A DNA stretch of 64,000 nucleotides from Naegleria gruberi (lineage: Eukaryota): the NCBI GenBank assembly GCA_000004985.1, contig GG738874.1; one strand, 5' to 3'. Positions 46,101-55,828 of this stretch are shown piece by piece (the first letter of the stretch is position 1; each line of letters begins with the position of its first letter). Both the position numbers and the translations under genes were made by a program. A model generated the notes under the pieces. The model was not told where the DNA came from, did no database searches, and saw only the letters and a list, made by a program, of their open reading frames with translations.

Positions 46101-48688
46101 CCAATACCACCAGCAATAGTTTCAATTACATTGTTGGAGAGTTTTCTAACTCTATTATTGCCACTATCAGCAATAAAGATATTATCAGAACTATCCATAG
46201 ACAATGAAGAAGGATAATTGAGATAAGTTGTTGTGGCCAAACCATCACCATTAAATTCATAGTTTGAGTCAGATCCAGCAATTAATTGAAGAGAACCATT
46301 ATCATACTTGCTTATCATATTACCATGGGCAATATAGATTTCATCACTGCTGGAAATAACAATACTAGCAGGACTTGAAACCTCAACAAGTGTGGTAATA
46401 TTTCCATCGAGGCCAATTTTTCTGATTCTATCATTTCTGGTATCGGCAATAAACATTTCACCAATTGAATTGATAGCAATAGAATTTGGGGCATTGAGAG
46501 AGGCACAACAAGCCTTTGAACCATCTCCAGCAAAAGTTGGTGAACCATTTCCAGATACAGAAGTAATAATTCCATTAGAAATCTTTCTAATTCTATTATT
46601 GTTAGTATCTGCAAAATAAATATCACCATTAGAGGATATGTGCAAACCATTTGGATTGTTCAACAAGGCATCGGTAGCGCTAATGTTGTTTCCATTATAA
46701 CCTGTAACGGTTTGATTACCAGCAATAATAGTGACAACACCATCTGGAGACAATTTACTGATTGTGCTAAGTCCTGTAAAGTAAATATCATCTCCAAATT
46801 CATTGACACTGGTTGGGAACTCTACCACATTAGTAATAGTAGAAATGATACCGGTTGTTTGATTGATCATTCTAATTCTATTATTTCCACTGTCACAAAT
46901 GTAAATGTTGCCAGAAGTCTTTGAGGCAAAAACACCAGATGGATAGAAGAGAATTGATGAGGTAGCAACTTGTCCATCTCCTGCAAAATTATTGAGGATA
47001 CCACCAGCAACACGCTTAATAATACCATTTGAAAGAATCTTGTAAATGACATTTTCTACATTAAAGTAGGTCTCTCCTGTACCGGCAATGTAGAAGGAAG
47101 CAGATGGATTGGAAATTAATGTTGCATTGGCCAATTTACCATCCAAATCAGTTAATGTGTTTACAGGTTCTGACGAACCAATGACTGTAGAAATAATGCC
47201 TTGTTGATTAATTCTTCTAATTCTATTGTTACTTCCATCGGCAATGGTAATAATATCGGCTCCATCCTTTTGGGCGACATGAACATGATTAGGTGAGAGT
47301 GCAGACTGAATTGCTGGGCCATTATCTCCCAAATATGTTGGTTGTCCATTACCAAAAATTGTTGAAATGATTCCTTCCTCAGTAATCTTTCTAATTCTAT
47401 TGTTCATGCAGTCGGCAATAATAATCTCCTCAGCAGAAATAGCAATGAATGAAGGATTGTTCAAAGTTGCAGCAGTAGCTAAGCCACCATCTCCAATTGG
47501 TCCGATATTAGATCCAGTACCGGCTACAATGGAAATTGTATTGGTTGCTGGATTTAACATTTTGAGAATGTGTTGGGATTGTTCCAAAAAGTAGACTTCA
47601 CCCTCCTCACCAACAGCAATACTGGTTGGAGCAATGGTTGCATTGAGAGCATCAATAGGAATTGGTTGGATTGGAGAACCTGGAATTGGTTGAGCACCTG
47701 AACCTGCAACTGTTGTAATAATTCCATTGACAATCTTTCTAATGTAAAACTTGTCGGCAATGTAAATTTCTGGGATGGTATTAATTGGAGCATCTTCCAT
47801 TCTAAAAAGAGCAAGTCCTGTTGGTTGAGAAAGGAGAGCATCAGTAGCATTGATACCATTGCCAAAGTATCCCTCTTGTCCACATATACCAGCAATGGTA
47901 GTGATGGTCTTGTTGGAAATTGATAACTTTCTAATTCTAAAGTTTTGAGTATCTACAATATAGATAAACTCCTCTACACCTTCCATTGAATAGACAATTT
48001 GACTTGGAGCAGACAATTGTGCATCACTCAAAGGAGAAGGAACATTATCAGAACAAATAGAGTCCAAATTGTTAGTGGCAAATGTTGAGAGTGTACCATT
48101 AATATCAATCTTTTTGATAGACCAAGTTGGATTGTTTTCAACAAAGTAAATATCACCAGTCATTAACGAAACTGTGACTGTGTTTGGATTGGTCAACTTG
48201 ACAGTATTAGCTGGAAGGCCATCAGTGTTTTCATTAGATGAACCTGATGCTGCAACACCAGCAATGGTTGATACAATAGTAGGAATGTTATCGAAAACTT
48301 CTTGTTCAGGATCAACAATAACACCAGTCCAATTATAAGTTAATTTTCTGATTAAATTATTTGCTCTGTCAATAATGATCAAATCTTGAGGTCTTTCATC
48401 TTCTACCAAATTTACAAGAGGTGTAGGAATTGTTCTAGGATAGAATGCAATAGCGTGTGGATGACCGATTGGTGTATCAAGTCCATTATAGCCATCACCA
48501 AGATTACCTCCAGCGATGGTTTCCAATTTGTATGTAGGAGCCAAGTTGTTATCTGAAGATGTTGCATTGATGGTAGTAGTACTAAACAACAACATCATCA
48601 AGAGAAGGCTACTAATAAATAAAGATAATAAATATTCGTGATGAGAAAAAGATTTTACTCTCCCTGCAGAGTCGAAAAACCTCTTCAT
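43142..48688 (-). CDS. Giant type I membrane protein, 1848 aa: signal peptide, ~12+ NHL-type beta-propeller repeats, ~17 tandem EGF-like modules, Pro/Thr-rich stalk, single TM, short cytoplasmic tail
   Basis: True ATG at 48688 with hydrophobic signal peptide (LLSLFISSLLLMMLLFSTTTINA). Recurrent ADxxNNRIRKI/ADSGNNRVRKL units are NHL-like. Repeated CSGHGVCSSGNNCTCxxGYxGxxCExxxC units are EGF-like with 6 Cys per ~32 aa. C-terminal KTPQPTPSPNKPTPSPNKPSTSS, then YIVVLVGFILMIIIAIVIGVGYYIY (TM), then KKKQGQ.... Confidence 0.7.
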   Translation of the reverse strand: MKRFFDSAGRVKSFSHHEYLLSLFISSLLLMMLLFSTTTINATSSDNNLAPTYKLETIAGGNLGDGYNGLDTPIGHPHAIAFYPRTIPTPLVNLVEDERPQDLIIIDRANNLIRKLTYNWTGVIVDPEQEVFDNIPTIVSTIAGVAASGSSNENTDGLPANTVKLTNPNTVTVSLMTGDIYFVENNPTWSIKKIDINGTLSTFATNNLDSICSDNVPSPLSDAQLSAPSQIVYSMEGVEEFIYIVDTQNFRIRKLSISNKTITTIAGICGQEGYFGNGINATDALLSQPTGLALFRMEDAPINTIPEIYIADKFYIRKIVNGIITTVAGSGAQPIPGSPIQPIPIDALNATIAPTSIAVGEEGEVYFLEQSQHILKMLNPATNTISIVAGTGSNIGPIGDGGLATAATLNNPSFIAISAEEIIIADCMNNRIRKITEEGIISTIFGNGQPTYLGDNGPAIQSALSPNHVHVAQKDGADIITIADGSNNRIRRINQQGIISTVIGSSEPVNTLTDLDGKLANATLISNPSASFYIAGTGETYFNVENVIYKILSNGIIKRVAGGILNNFAGDGQVATSSILFYPSGVFASKTSGNIYICDSGNNRIRMINQTTGIISTITNVVEFPTSVNEFGDDIYFTGLSTISKLSPDGVVTIIAGNQTVTGYNGNNISATDALLNNPNGLHISSNGDIYFADTNNNRIRKISNGIITSVSGNGSPTFAGDGSKACCASLNAPNSIAINSIGEMFIADTRNDRIRKIGLDGNITTLVEVSSPASIVISSSDEIYIAHGNMISKYDNGSLQLIAGSDSNYEFNGDGLATTTYLNYPSSLSMDSSDNIFIADSGNNRVRKLSNNVIETIAGGIGDGLLATQAALSSVSSFVVSASSEIYIADNVANRIRKVSAEGVISTIAGNYNYGYNADNIKATLASLANPTSVALSPEGEVFISDFASHRIRKVSNDGIISTVLEGSESDDTIYYPRSVSVSPKGDFIVVCNGDSTIIRFNLKEENATISTIAGKTGINGFNGEVVLDSRLALLNRPLFADISPDGSTVYIADSGNSRVRKLTAMCPKGYRLNDAAECEKLPRICFGLLPSNETVCSGNGVCESYNNCSCFAGYYGEQCELFGCNGIPKEDPNVCSSQGVCISANNCTCNNGYYGNNCEHYDCFGVEHSNPSVCSQAGLCSLPNKCECRDGHSGETCQYFTCFGKQSNDSTVCSGHGVCSSGNNCTCKPGYYGNECENYGCFGLAHNDEKVCSSHGVCEAIDKCVCEQNFNGSSCEFYYCNGVEHADPNVCSANGYCTAPGRCECKEAYEGVNCESFTCYGISSTNTSTVCSGHGVCSSGNNCTCQAGYSGKECQNYQCFGVLNSNKQVCSGNGICKSVDKCECQAGYYGNVCEHFDCFGIMHNDTQVCSSKGVCSKPDLCECTEPYYGHTCEAFKCHGIPSNDTNVCSGHGVCSSGNNCTCVLGYEGENCESFSCNGLDKNDPQVCSGNGICSSPNKCNCTSGFSGNNCENYYCYGIHYSDPNVCSGNGVCESPDSCQCAYGYNGPQCATNIICPPGDTSLFCSVVNNTALKNLTETNIIDVQDMEDMESFNITFTKFKDIFITLPASISDYLETILRDEEIPLNMASSVSDIRSVNSKVLSPAVTFIITQQGNNQRVELNNLPDPILLNMHNIVVPTSALARHSVALSRIACAYYDKATDSWKTDRVTTTILSSQQGATASTYSVVCSTTHWPSSFALIAQPITPPTSSSGKTPQPTPSPNKPTPSPNKPSTSSNKPTSSSAGTIITEKGDKSYIVVLVGFILMIIIAIVIGVGYYIYKKKQGQTAPQNQNDGNGNYATLTEEP
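44000..45480 (-). repeat. Intragenic tandem array of ~96-99-bp units encoding the EGF-like modules
   Basis: Periodic recurrence of tgttcatctgg(a/t)aataattgtac-type segments. The many short ORFs on both strands here are by-products of this periodicity. Confidence 0.6.
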
Positions 48689-49037
48689 TTTTGTGCCTTT
48701 TTTTCTTCTTGTCGATTCACTCTACTTGTGCATAAGAGAAGAATGTTTGATGGATGGGAAGTAATTTTGGAAGGGCAAGGGCAGAAAGTATGTTGTTTGA
48801 TGCTAAGAAGTGATCTCCGCATTTTGATTTTGTTGGAGTAAATTTAATTGGCTGATTATTTTTTGTTAGTATTCTTTTTGTCTTCCATTTACGAGAAGAT
48901 CTTCACGAAAGATTATTTATCTGATATTAAAGATAGCATTGTGATGAACAGATGAAAGCAACACATTTTTATTTTTTTTAAATTATGAATTGTTTATTCT
49001 TGTAACGGTAACTTTTACTGCCCGCCACGTTTAAAAA

Positions 49038-50150
49038 ATGAAAAGAAAGCAAGAAACAAAAAACACCAAGAAATTATCTTCATCATCCAATGAAGGACCA
49101 ACAAAAAAGTTGAAGCAATCCAACCTTCTCTCCCTATTCAAGGCACCTTCATCACCACCAGCCTCATCGCAATCCTCTACTGATACTGACTCATTGACAA
49201 TAGTAGAGGAGAGTAAAACCTTCTTGGGCACGAATAATAGCTATGAATTGAACAAGCAATTTAAATTCATCAGCTGGAATGTGAATGGAATATCTGCCGT
49301 CTTTAGGAAGGAACCCAATTATTTGAAAATGTTGGTAGAGAAGGAAGAACCTACTTGTCTTTGTTTGCAAGAGACTAAGCTTTCTGAAGATGTAAAATTA
49401 TCGGAAATGGCACAATATAAATTCAAGAATTATATTGGACACTTTAACACTTCTAGGGCAAGAAAAGGATACTCTGGTACTGCTTGTTTTGTTCTAAAGC
49501 ATGGTCCAAAAGTATTGAATGTCAAGTTTGGTATTGGTAAGGATAAGCATGATTTGGAGGGAAGAACTATTACTGTTGAATATGAAGACTTTTATTTGGT
49601 CAAGTAAGTTAATATTTACACATGTGTAATCTCATGCCTTATTATTGAATGAATTGATTCAAAATGATAATCATTTTGTTGACATAATAATAGTACTTAT
49701 TGTCCCAATTCTGGACAAAATCTCGATCGATTGGAATATAGAACAAAGGAATGGGATGTGGATCTACTCAAATACTTTGAAAAATTGGAAAAGAAAAAGC
49801 CAATCATTTGGGGTGGTGATCTTAATGTTGCCATTTCAGAGATGGATATTCATGATCCTCTTACATTATCCAAAAGTCCTGGTTTTACATTGGAAGAACG
49901 GCAATCTTCTCCTCTCGTAACAAAGGCCTCACCTCCTTTTATTGATTCTTTCAGATATAAAAATCCATATAAGAAACAATACACATACTATGGTTACATT
50001 AATGACATGAGATTACAAAAGAAAGGATGGAGAATTGATTATTTTGTTTGTAGTAATTCTCTAAAAGACAAGATTGTAAATTCTTACATTCTTGAGGAAT
50101 ACTTTGGCAGTGACCATCTACCAATTGGTTTAATCATTAATAAGGAGTAG
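49038..50150 (+). CDS. APE1/exonuclease III-family AP endonuclease, two exons: join(49038..49603,49694..50150)
   Basis: True ATG 49038. Exon 1 ...TVEYEDFYLV ends in phase 2 before GTAAGT at 49604. Acceptor is aataAG|... at 49692-49693. The spliced product ...[26 protein letters not shown]...IIWGGDLNVA...GSDHLPI aligns to the human APE1 blocks [34 protein letters not shown] and SDHCPI. The ORF-track second half starts at a TTG inside exon 2. Confidence 0.7.
49604..49693 (+). other. Intron, 90 nt, GTAAGT...AATAG
   Basis: Only this splice restores the conserved YVPN(A/S)G motif of the ExoIII fold and keeps the reading frame. Confidence 0.65.
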
Positions 50151-50370
50151 ATAACAACTTGGTTTGGAATGTTCATCTCAATGGTCTTTTCGAATAGGTG
50201 TTTATGCAAAATGATAATGAAAACATTCACAAAACATCAAGACAAATCACCAAACCTTAAATGTACGGTTTTATCTCAGGGCATCAAGCTTCATTCTATT
50301 ACACTTTAATCTCTTGACGAACAGACAATTAATTGAAAAAATTATTCAAACATATTAGAGAAGAAGAAGA

Positions 50371-51960
50371 ATGGGCAACATTTCTGGCTCGACAGCCTGT
50401 GACTACTCCAACACAACTGATTATGCATCACCTCGACAACGAAGATTTACCTGTAAATCAACAACATTGGAAAGACATTATTCTATTGCCTCTCAACCAC
50501 CAATATCTTTACCGAATTCATATACTAATGTATCCTCACTGCAGACCAATAATAATACGAGTATTCTTTCAAGCAGTCCTCATAGTCCTAAAGAATGTCA
50601 GCAACAATCTGCCATTACTCAAAAATTAATGACGTTCCTTAGATTTAATCCTCATTATTCGGCAAGAACAATACCAGAAGAACAAGAATTATGGAGAACT
50701 ATTATTGCTCAATCGGGAATTTCATGTATTCTTTCTACTCCATCCAAGATGAGGGACTTTTACTTGTCCGGATATGATTCTTCGTTTTTAATATTGAAAC
50801 CAAAAATTGAAGAATTGGAGTATGAATTACGGCCAGTCCTCAAACACTTTGGAAGTTTTGATGCGACTAACAATGATGTAGATGAAAGTAGAGCAGAATT
50901 ATGGCAATTGATTGACACTCCAGATTATGACAGTGCTGATGTTGTTCAAATGGCCAAACTCAATAAGAATGTCACTGGTTTAAAGTTATTACTCTTGCCT
51001 TCTTATCCGAGCATTCCTAAAAACTCCAAGGTTGGTTCAATTCCTGACAAGAATGAATCCCTCACAAAAACCATGAGATACCTATTATCACCATTGGCTG
51101 TTGATTTGATTTTTGATACGAGAGAAGAAATTCACTTCAAACCAGTTGTAGCCATTGGCTCTTTATTGTTGGAATGGGATTCTACCGTAGGTCTGTGTAT
51201 TCCTAGACACTCATTACAATTGTCCAAAATGCTTATCCAAGAAAATTGCATTTACAGCAATGATAAGATCAACATGGAGGAAGCTCTCAATATTGCAAGT
51301 GAGCTTATTTGTGAGTGGAACTTGAGAAAACCTGCAATCTTTTCCAGTTTTGCTCCAACTAAGGGCGAAAGACCAAGAAAGCAATCCATTGGTTCTTATT
51401 ATCCACCTGAACAAAAGATTTTTGAAAATAGGGAGAGAACAGTTGATTCATCAGCTATTCACTTTGCATACGATTTATTGGAAAATATTATCAAGCATTG
51501 TAGCACCAATATGGCTAGAAACAATGAGGAGGAAGAGAATGAAATTACCCAACTCTTTTTCCCACAAACTGAGACCTGTACATCACTTCTCATTAAAGAA
51601 TTACTGCAATATTCAAGTGGAAATACATTGAAATTATTTGATGGTGGCGATTCCATTTCATTACGCTTTCCAGTGACTGAATATTTCAGGGAGAGCTTTG
51701 ATTTACCAGTGACAAGTCCAAAATTTATTGAGTTCAATTCACATAAGGAATTTGATGAATTTGTTTTGGGATTGTTAGATAAGGAAGATGATTTGGCTAA
51801 AAAGTTTCCATCAGAATATGCCATGTTAAAATGCATTGATAGATGCTTTTGGGTAGGTCATTTACACGATGATGAGGAGTATGCATTTGCGCCTAAACGA
51901 GATTGCCCCTTCACAGATCCGAGTAACCTTATTGGTATTACACTAACAATGGATCGTTAA
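50371..51960 (+). CDS. Hypothetical protein, 529 aa
   Basis: True ATG at 50371 and a long ORF. No recognisable domain; the N-terminus MGNISGS is only a weak myristoylation-like context. Confidence 0.45.
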   Translation: MGNISGSTACDYSNTTDYASPRQRRFTCKSTTLERHYSIASQPPISLPNSYTNVSSLQTNNNTSILSSSPHSPKECQQQSAITQKLMTFLRFNPHYSARTIPEEQELWRTIIAQSGISCILSTPSKMRDFYLSGYDSSFLILKPKIEELEYELRPVLKHFGSFDATNNDVDESRAELWQLIDTPDYDSADVVQMAKLNKNVTGLKLLLLPSYPSIPKNSKVGSIPDKNESLTKTMRYLLSPLAVDLIFDTREEIHFKPVVAIGSLLLEWDSTVGLCIPRHSLQLSKMLIQENCIYSNDKINMEEALNIASELICEWNLRKPAIFSSFAPTKGERPRKQSIGSYYPPEQKIFENRERTVDSSAIHFAYDLLENIIKHCSTNMARNNEEEENEITQLFFPQTETCTSLLIKELLQYSSGNTLKLFDGGDSISLRFPVTEYFRESFDLPVTSPKFIEFNSHKEFDEFVLGLLDKEDDLAKKFPSEYAMLKCIDRCFWVGHLHDDEEYAFAPKRDCPFTDPSNLIGITLTMDR

Positions 51961-51962
51961 AT

Positions 51963-53132
51963 TTATTCTAAAGGTTTGTAAGCTGGTCTACGACGATTCT
52001 TCAAGTAAATAAACATCCAATAACCAATGACTGCCAAAATTACACAAACCAAAACAAGGGCAACAACAGAAATAGCTACAGCAAGTTCAAGATCATTGTT
52101 GTCACATGGCTGAGAAGGCTGTGATTCAAATTCTTTAGGAATAGGTGGGTCGAACGCTCTCGAGATACGAAGAGCAGAATACTTGTCAGAAAGGTTTTCC
52201 ACTTGTAATGTTGTTGCTCCACAATTCCCAGAATCAAAAGAAACAATTGATGATAAGCCAAATAATTGCTCCCTTTTGTTGCAAATATTGCAATCTATCA
52301 CATCTTGAACCCAATATTGGAGATCAGTGCAAACTGATCTAGTTGCCAAAAGAATACCAAGTTCAGCAATGTATTGATATTTCCCCTTAATTTTCATAGC
52401 CAAGAAGTTTTCTTGCAATTTACATACACTTCTAGCCTTTCCAAAATCAATAGCTTCGTTAATTTGTATGGTATAGGTACCATCACTATTGAAAACTACA
52501 TATCCAGATTCTGATAACCTTCCAAACATGTCGTTATTGTCCAATTTCCAATTTTCTGACATTGGGCAAATACTAGCTAATTGGTTTACTTGATAAATTG
52601 GACCTTTCCACATTATTGATGCTTTAGATTCCTCATTCCTAATATTAACATAATAATTAACTTGATTATCTTCATCAACATCAAAAAGTGAATACCAATA
52701 ACTGGCTCCACTCAACCAAAGTGATGAATATTGCTGACAGCCAGTAGGATCTGCCAACCCATTTGGTAAAGCCAAATTTTCACATTGCACATTAAAAACA
52801 CTCAAATCAATAGAATCTGTCAAATTATCTTTCAATTCATATTCTCCTTTCAAGTGCACATAAACAGGATATTTCCTAATCACATGTTCATTATCACTCG
52901 TTTTCACAATATAAACATCAATCATTCTCGTACTATTATTAACCTTGACTGCAAATATATGACTTTTATATGATTGTGTATCATCATCCAAAAATCCTCT
53001 CCAAACCTTATTAAACACTTCATCCCGAAGATTGTTCACTCTAGCCTCCATCTGTACATTCATCATGACGATTACTACTAACATGATCAAAACCACATAA
53101 AGGCTTACTAATCGATATATCCGCCGCGTCAT
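51963..53132 (-). CDS. Type I membrane protein, 389 aa, with an N-terminal signal/anchor, unknown ectodomain and a C-terminal TM
   Basis: True ATG at 53132 (MTRRIYRLVSLYVVLIMLVVIVMM). C-terminal LAVAISVVALVLVCVILAVIGYWMFIYL followed by KNRRRPAYKPLE*. Confidence 0.45.
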   Translation of the reverse strand: MTRRIYRLVSLYVVLIMLVVIVMMNVQMEARVNNLRDEVFNKVWRGFLDDDTQSYKSHIFAVKVNNSTRMIDVYIVKTSDNEHVIRKYPVYVHLKGEYELKDNLTDSIDLSVFNVQCENLALPNGLADPTGCQQYSSLWLSGASYWYSLFDVDEDNQVNYYVNIRNEESKASIMWKGPIYQVNQLASICPMSENWKLDNNDMFGRLSESGYVVFNSDGTYTIQINEAIDFGKARSVCKLQENFLAMKIKGKYQYIAELGILLATRSVCTDLQYWVQDVIDCNICNKREQLFGLSSIVSFDSGNCGATTLQVENLSDKYSALRISRAFDPPIPKEFESQPSQPCDNNDLELAVAISVVALVLVCVILAVIGYWMFIYLKNRRRPAYKPLE

Positions 53133-53480
53133 TATTGTTTAAAATTAATATTGTTGTTATTGTTCTAATAAATAAATTGTTGTATTATTTGATGATATGA
53201 TGAAAATTGTCCCGCACTGTAATTTGTTATTTTATCCAAATCTTTTGGTAGTAGAAGAGCGTGCGGGTAATGGCGGAGATTATGATATTTTTTTCTGTTG
53301 AATTTTTACACTTTTTTATGGATTTTTAAAATTGTAAAGATTCCAAAATAAATCATGAAGGATTTTGGATGGATATGGAATGGACACAGGTGGATTGGAG
53401 GTTGTATTTGAGGATTTTTGAGGTTTAGCATTTGGGAAGTTTCAATTTGGGTTCAAAAATTGTTTGAAATTTTAACAAAT

Positions 53481-55487
53481 TTAGATATAATCCAAATCTG
53501 AATATTGTGAACTAGTCAAAATGTTGACATCCGTGAAATGATTATTCTCCAATTTGTAAAGTAATCTCCTCCCCATCAAATTTTCAAACTTTTTATCCAA
53601 ATTCCAATTCACAAATGATTCTCTCACATTAAATAACATTGAATTCATTACCTGATTGACATCAAATTCATCCAAAGTATTAATGGCATGGAAAGTGATT
53701 GAAGATTCGTATTCTGCTTCACTTTCTCCATAGTAATGTGAATGATAGCTGATTGAGTATCGATTTTGGATTTGTTTGAATCGTTCGAGGATGTAATTGA
53801 AAACTTGTTTTGGGTTTTTACGATTTCCATTGAAATCTGAAAAGTATTGAGAAAGTGCATTGGATGCTTCACCTTTGGAAACCTTTCGAATGAAGGAATC
53901 GACCTTTGTGAAGAGAACAATCTTTCGAATAGATGATTCGCCAAGTTCCTTCTTGGAAAACACTTGTTCGAAATAGGTTAAACTATCTAGCAATCTATTA
54001 CCTGGTTTGGTTTCTGATTTGGAAGGTGAAATTAAATCTTCAAAACTTAACATGTCAATATCCGAAAGTGAAACTGTGAATATAATACATTTCAAATTTT
54101 GTTTTTCCAAATATGGAAGATAGAGAGCTCGTTTTTCTTTCCATCCAAAAGTTTCCAATAACAATAGCTTTCTAGTCACCAATTCTCTATTTTCCAAAGT
54201 TGGTTTTGTAATATCCTTCACTGGCATACTTTCCAAAGATAGAATTTTAGCCCTCACAATATCTTGTTTGGTCAACTCGGTAATTTTCTTCAATTTTTCA
54301 ACTCTGCCATCATTTAAAAAGTATTCAATATTCTCTCCCAATAGTGGAATTGGAGTTTTCCTCGAATTTCTCTCTCTATACGATTTTTGGACGAAAGGAT
54401 GTTTCCACAATTGATCCATCACTTTGAAAAATTCCTTCTGCTTCCATAATCGTCTTAGAATTTGTTGAGATGATGAAACTGAGTTGTTATCTGATGAATT
54501 AACTGTCATTGAAGAACTTCCATTATTCGAATTTTGGCTTGTTTGAGGATTTAATGAGAAAATATTCGAAGGAGATTGGTTTCCATTCGGTGATGTCTTT
54601 CCATTCGTAGAATTCACATTCGTATTCATTGAACTATTCGATAAATAATTAATTCTTGGAGAAACTGACTCTGGATGAATCATATTTTGAAATTGTTGAA
54701 TTAAATCTGAAAATTGTTGAGTAAATTCTGGTGAAGAATTTTGAATTTCCTCAAAATTGACTTCATGTTGTGAATGTACAAGGATTTTTAAACAGTAAAT
54801 GCAATAGAGAAGTATTGAATCTCTATAGAATTTCAATTCTTCAGTTTTGTAATTGTAATCTCTCAAAATTTCCATCAAAGTTGCTAAAATAGGAAACTGT
54901 CAGAATTCAAAATTATATTGACACTTACTTTTACCGCTATCTACACCTCCAAGAATGAGAACTAATTTACAATCTTGTAATCTTTTCAAATGTTCTTGAT
55001 GTGAAATGCCACTAATCAATTTTGAATAAATATTGAACTGGGTAGCTCTTGGAGTTTTCATTGCAGAACTTGAACTTCCAATATTTAATAATGAAGTTGA
55101 TAAAGATTTACTCTTCCTGTCAGAATTGATGACTGACAGTTGTTCGACATTTGTTAGATTGAGTGTTGGCACTTTCGACACTTCGGAAGATTTTGTATTT
55201 TTCAAAGCATCAAAAACAGGATCTTCTGTTTTGACATCCGAAGTATTATTTGATGTTATCATGGATGTCAAAATAAATCTGCCAACTGACTGGCTTCTTT
55301 GATGTTTGGCAGGTTTTAATCCTTCCCTTCCGTTCTGTTGTTGTAAATTTGCAAGATTTGAATTCGAATTATTTAAAGTAAACGAAGACGAATCTACTTC
55401 TATTCGAATCAGACTTTCAATTCCATTTGATAGAGAATCTCCAGCATTTTGTTGGTCAAGATCTGGTGATGAAAGTTTTATTCCCAT
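53481..55487 (-). CDS. Divergent G-alpha-subunit-like protein 2 (probable pseudo-GTPase), two exons: join(complement 54929..55487, complement 53481..54883)
   Basis: ATG at 55487 with MGIKLSS (MGxxxS myristoylation context). Exon 1 ends ...KLVLILGGVDSGK in phase 1 before GTAAGT on the minus strand (+ coordinates 54928 down). Acceptor is ...cctattttAG. Splicing yields LILGGVDSGKTTLMEILRDY, paralleling SSGKTTICEMIRY of paralog 1 and the GxGESGKST P-loop of G-alpha. ETFGWKEKRALYLPYLEKQNLKCIIFTVSLSDID aligns to [32 protein letters not shown], so the DVGGQ motif is lost. TKVD aligns to NKKD. Confidence 0.55.
54884..54928 (-). other. Intron, 45 nt, GTAAGT...TTTTAG, phase 1
   Basis: Removes an in-frame stop and restores P-loop continuity (GK|TT). 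The short length is a caveat. Confidence 0.45.
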
Positions 55488-55828
55488 TTTTTTTGATTGT
55501 TTTCTACGACCTGTCAGTGACCTAGTCCACCAATCAAATAATTAATGACATTTCGCAGATTATCAACGTTTATCTCTGCAGTGAACACCATGCAGTTTTC
55601 AACACCATCACTGCAGAGATTATCTGGTACATCAGTAAAAAAACTGTAAATTGTTGCTGATTGAGTAATTTCCTCTTTGAGAATCTTTCAATAATTACAA
55701 TACCAGAAATTGTTATAAGCAGGGTTCTCCACGTGGTTATAAGTTGCCAAGGTTGTGGCGATTTTTGCGCATATCCCAAGCGAATATCTTAAAGTTGTGC
55801 GGCATTTCATCAAAAAAAACGACTCTAC

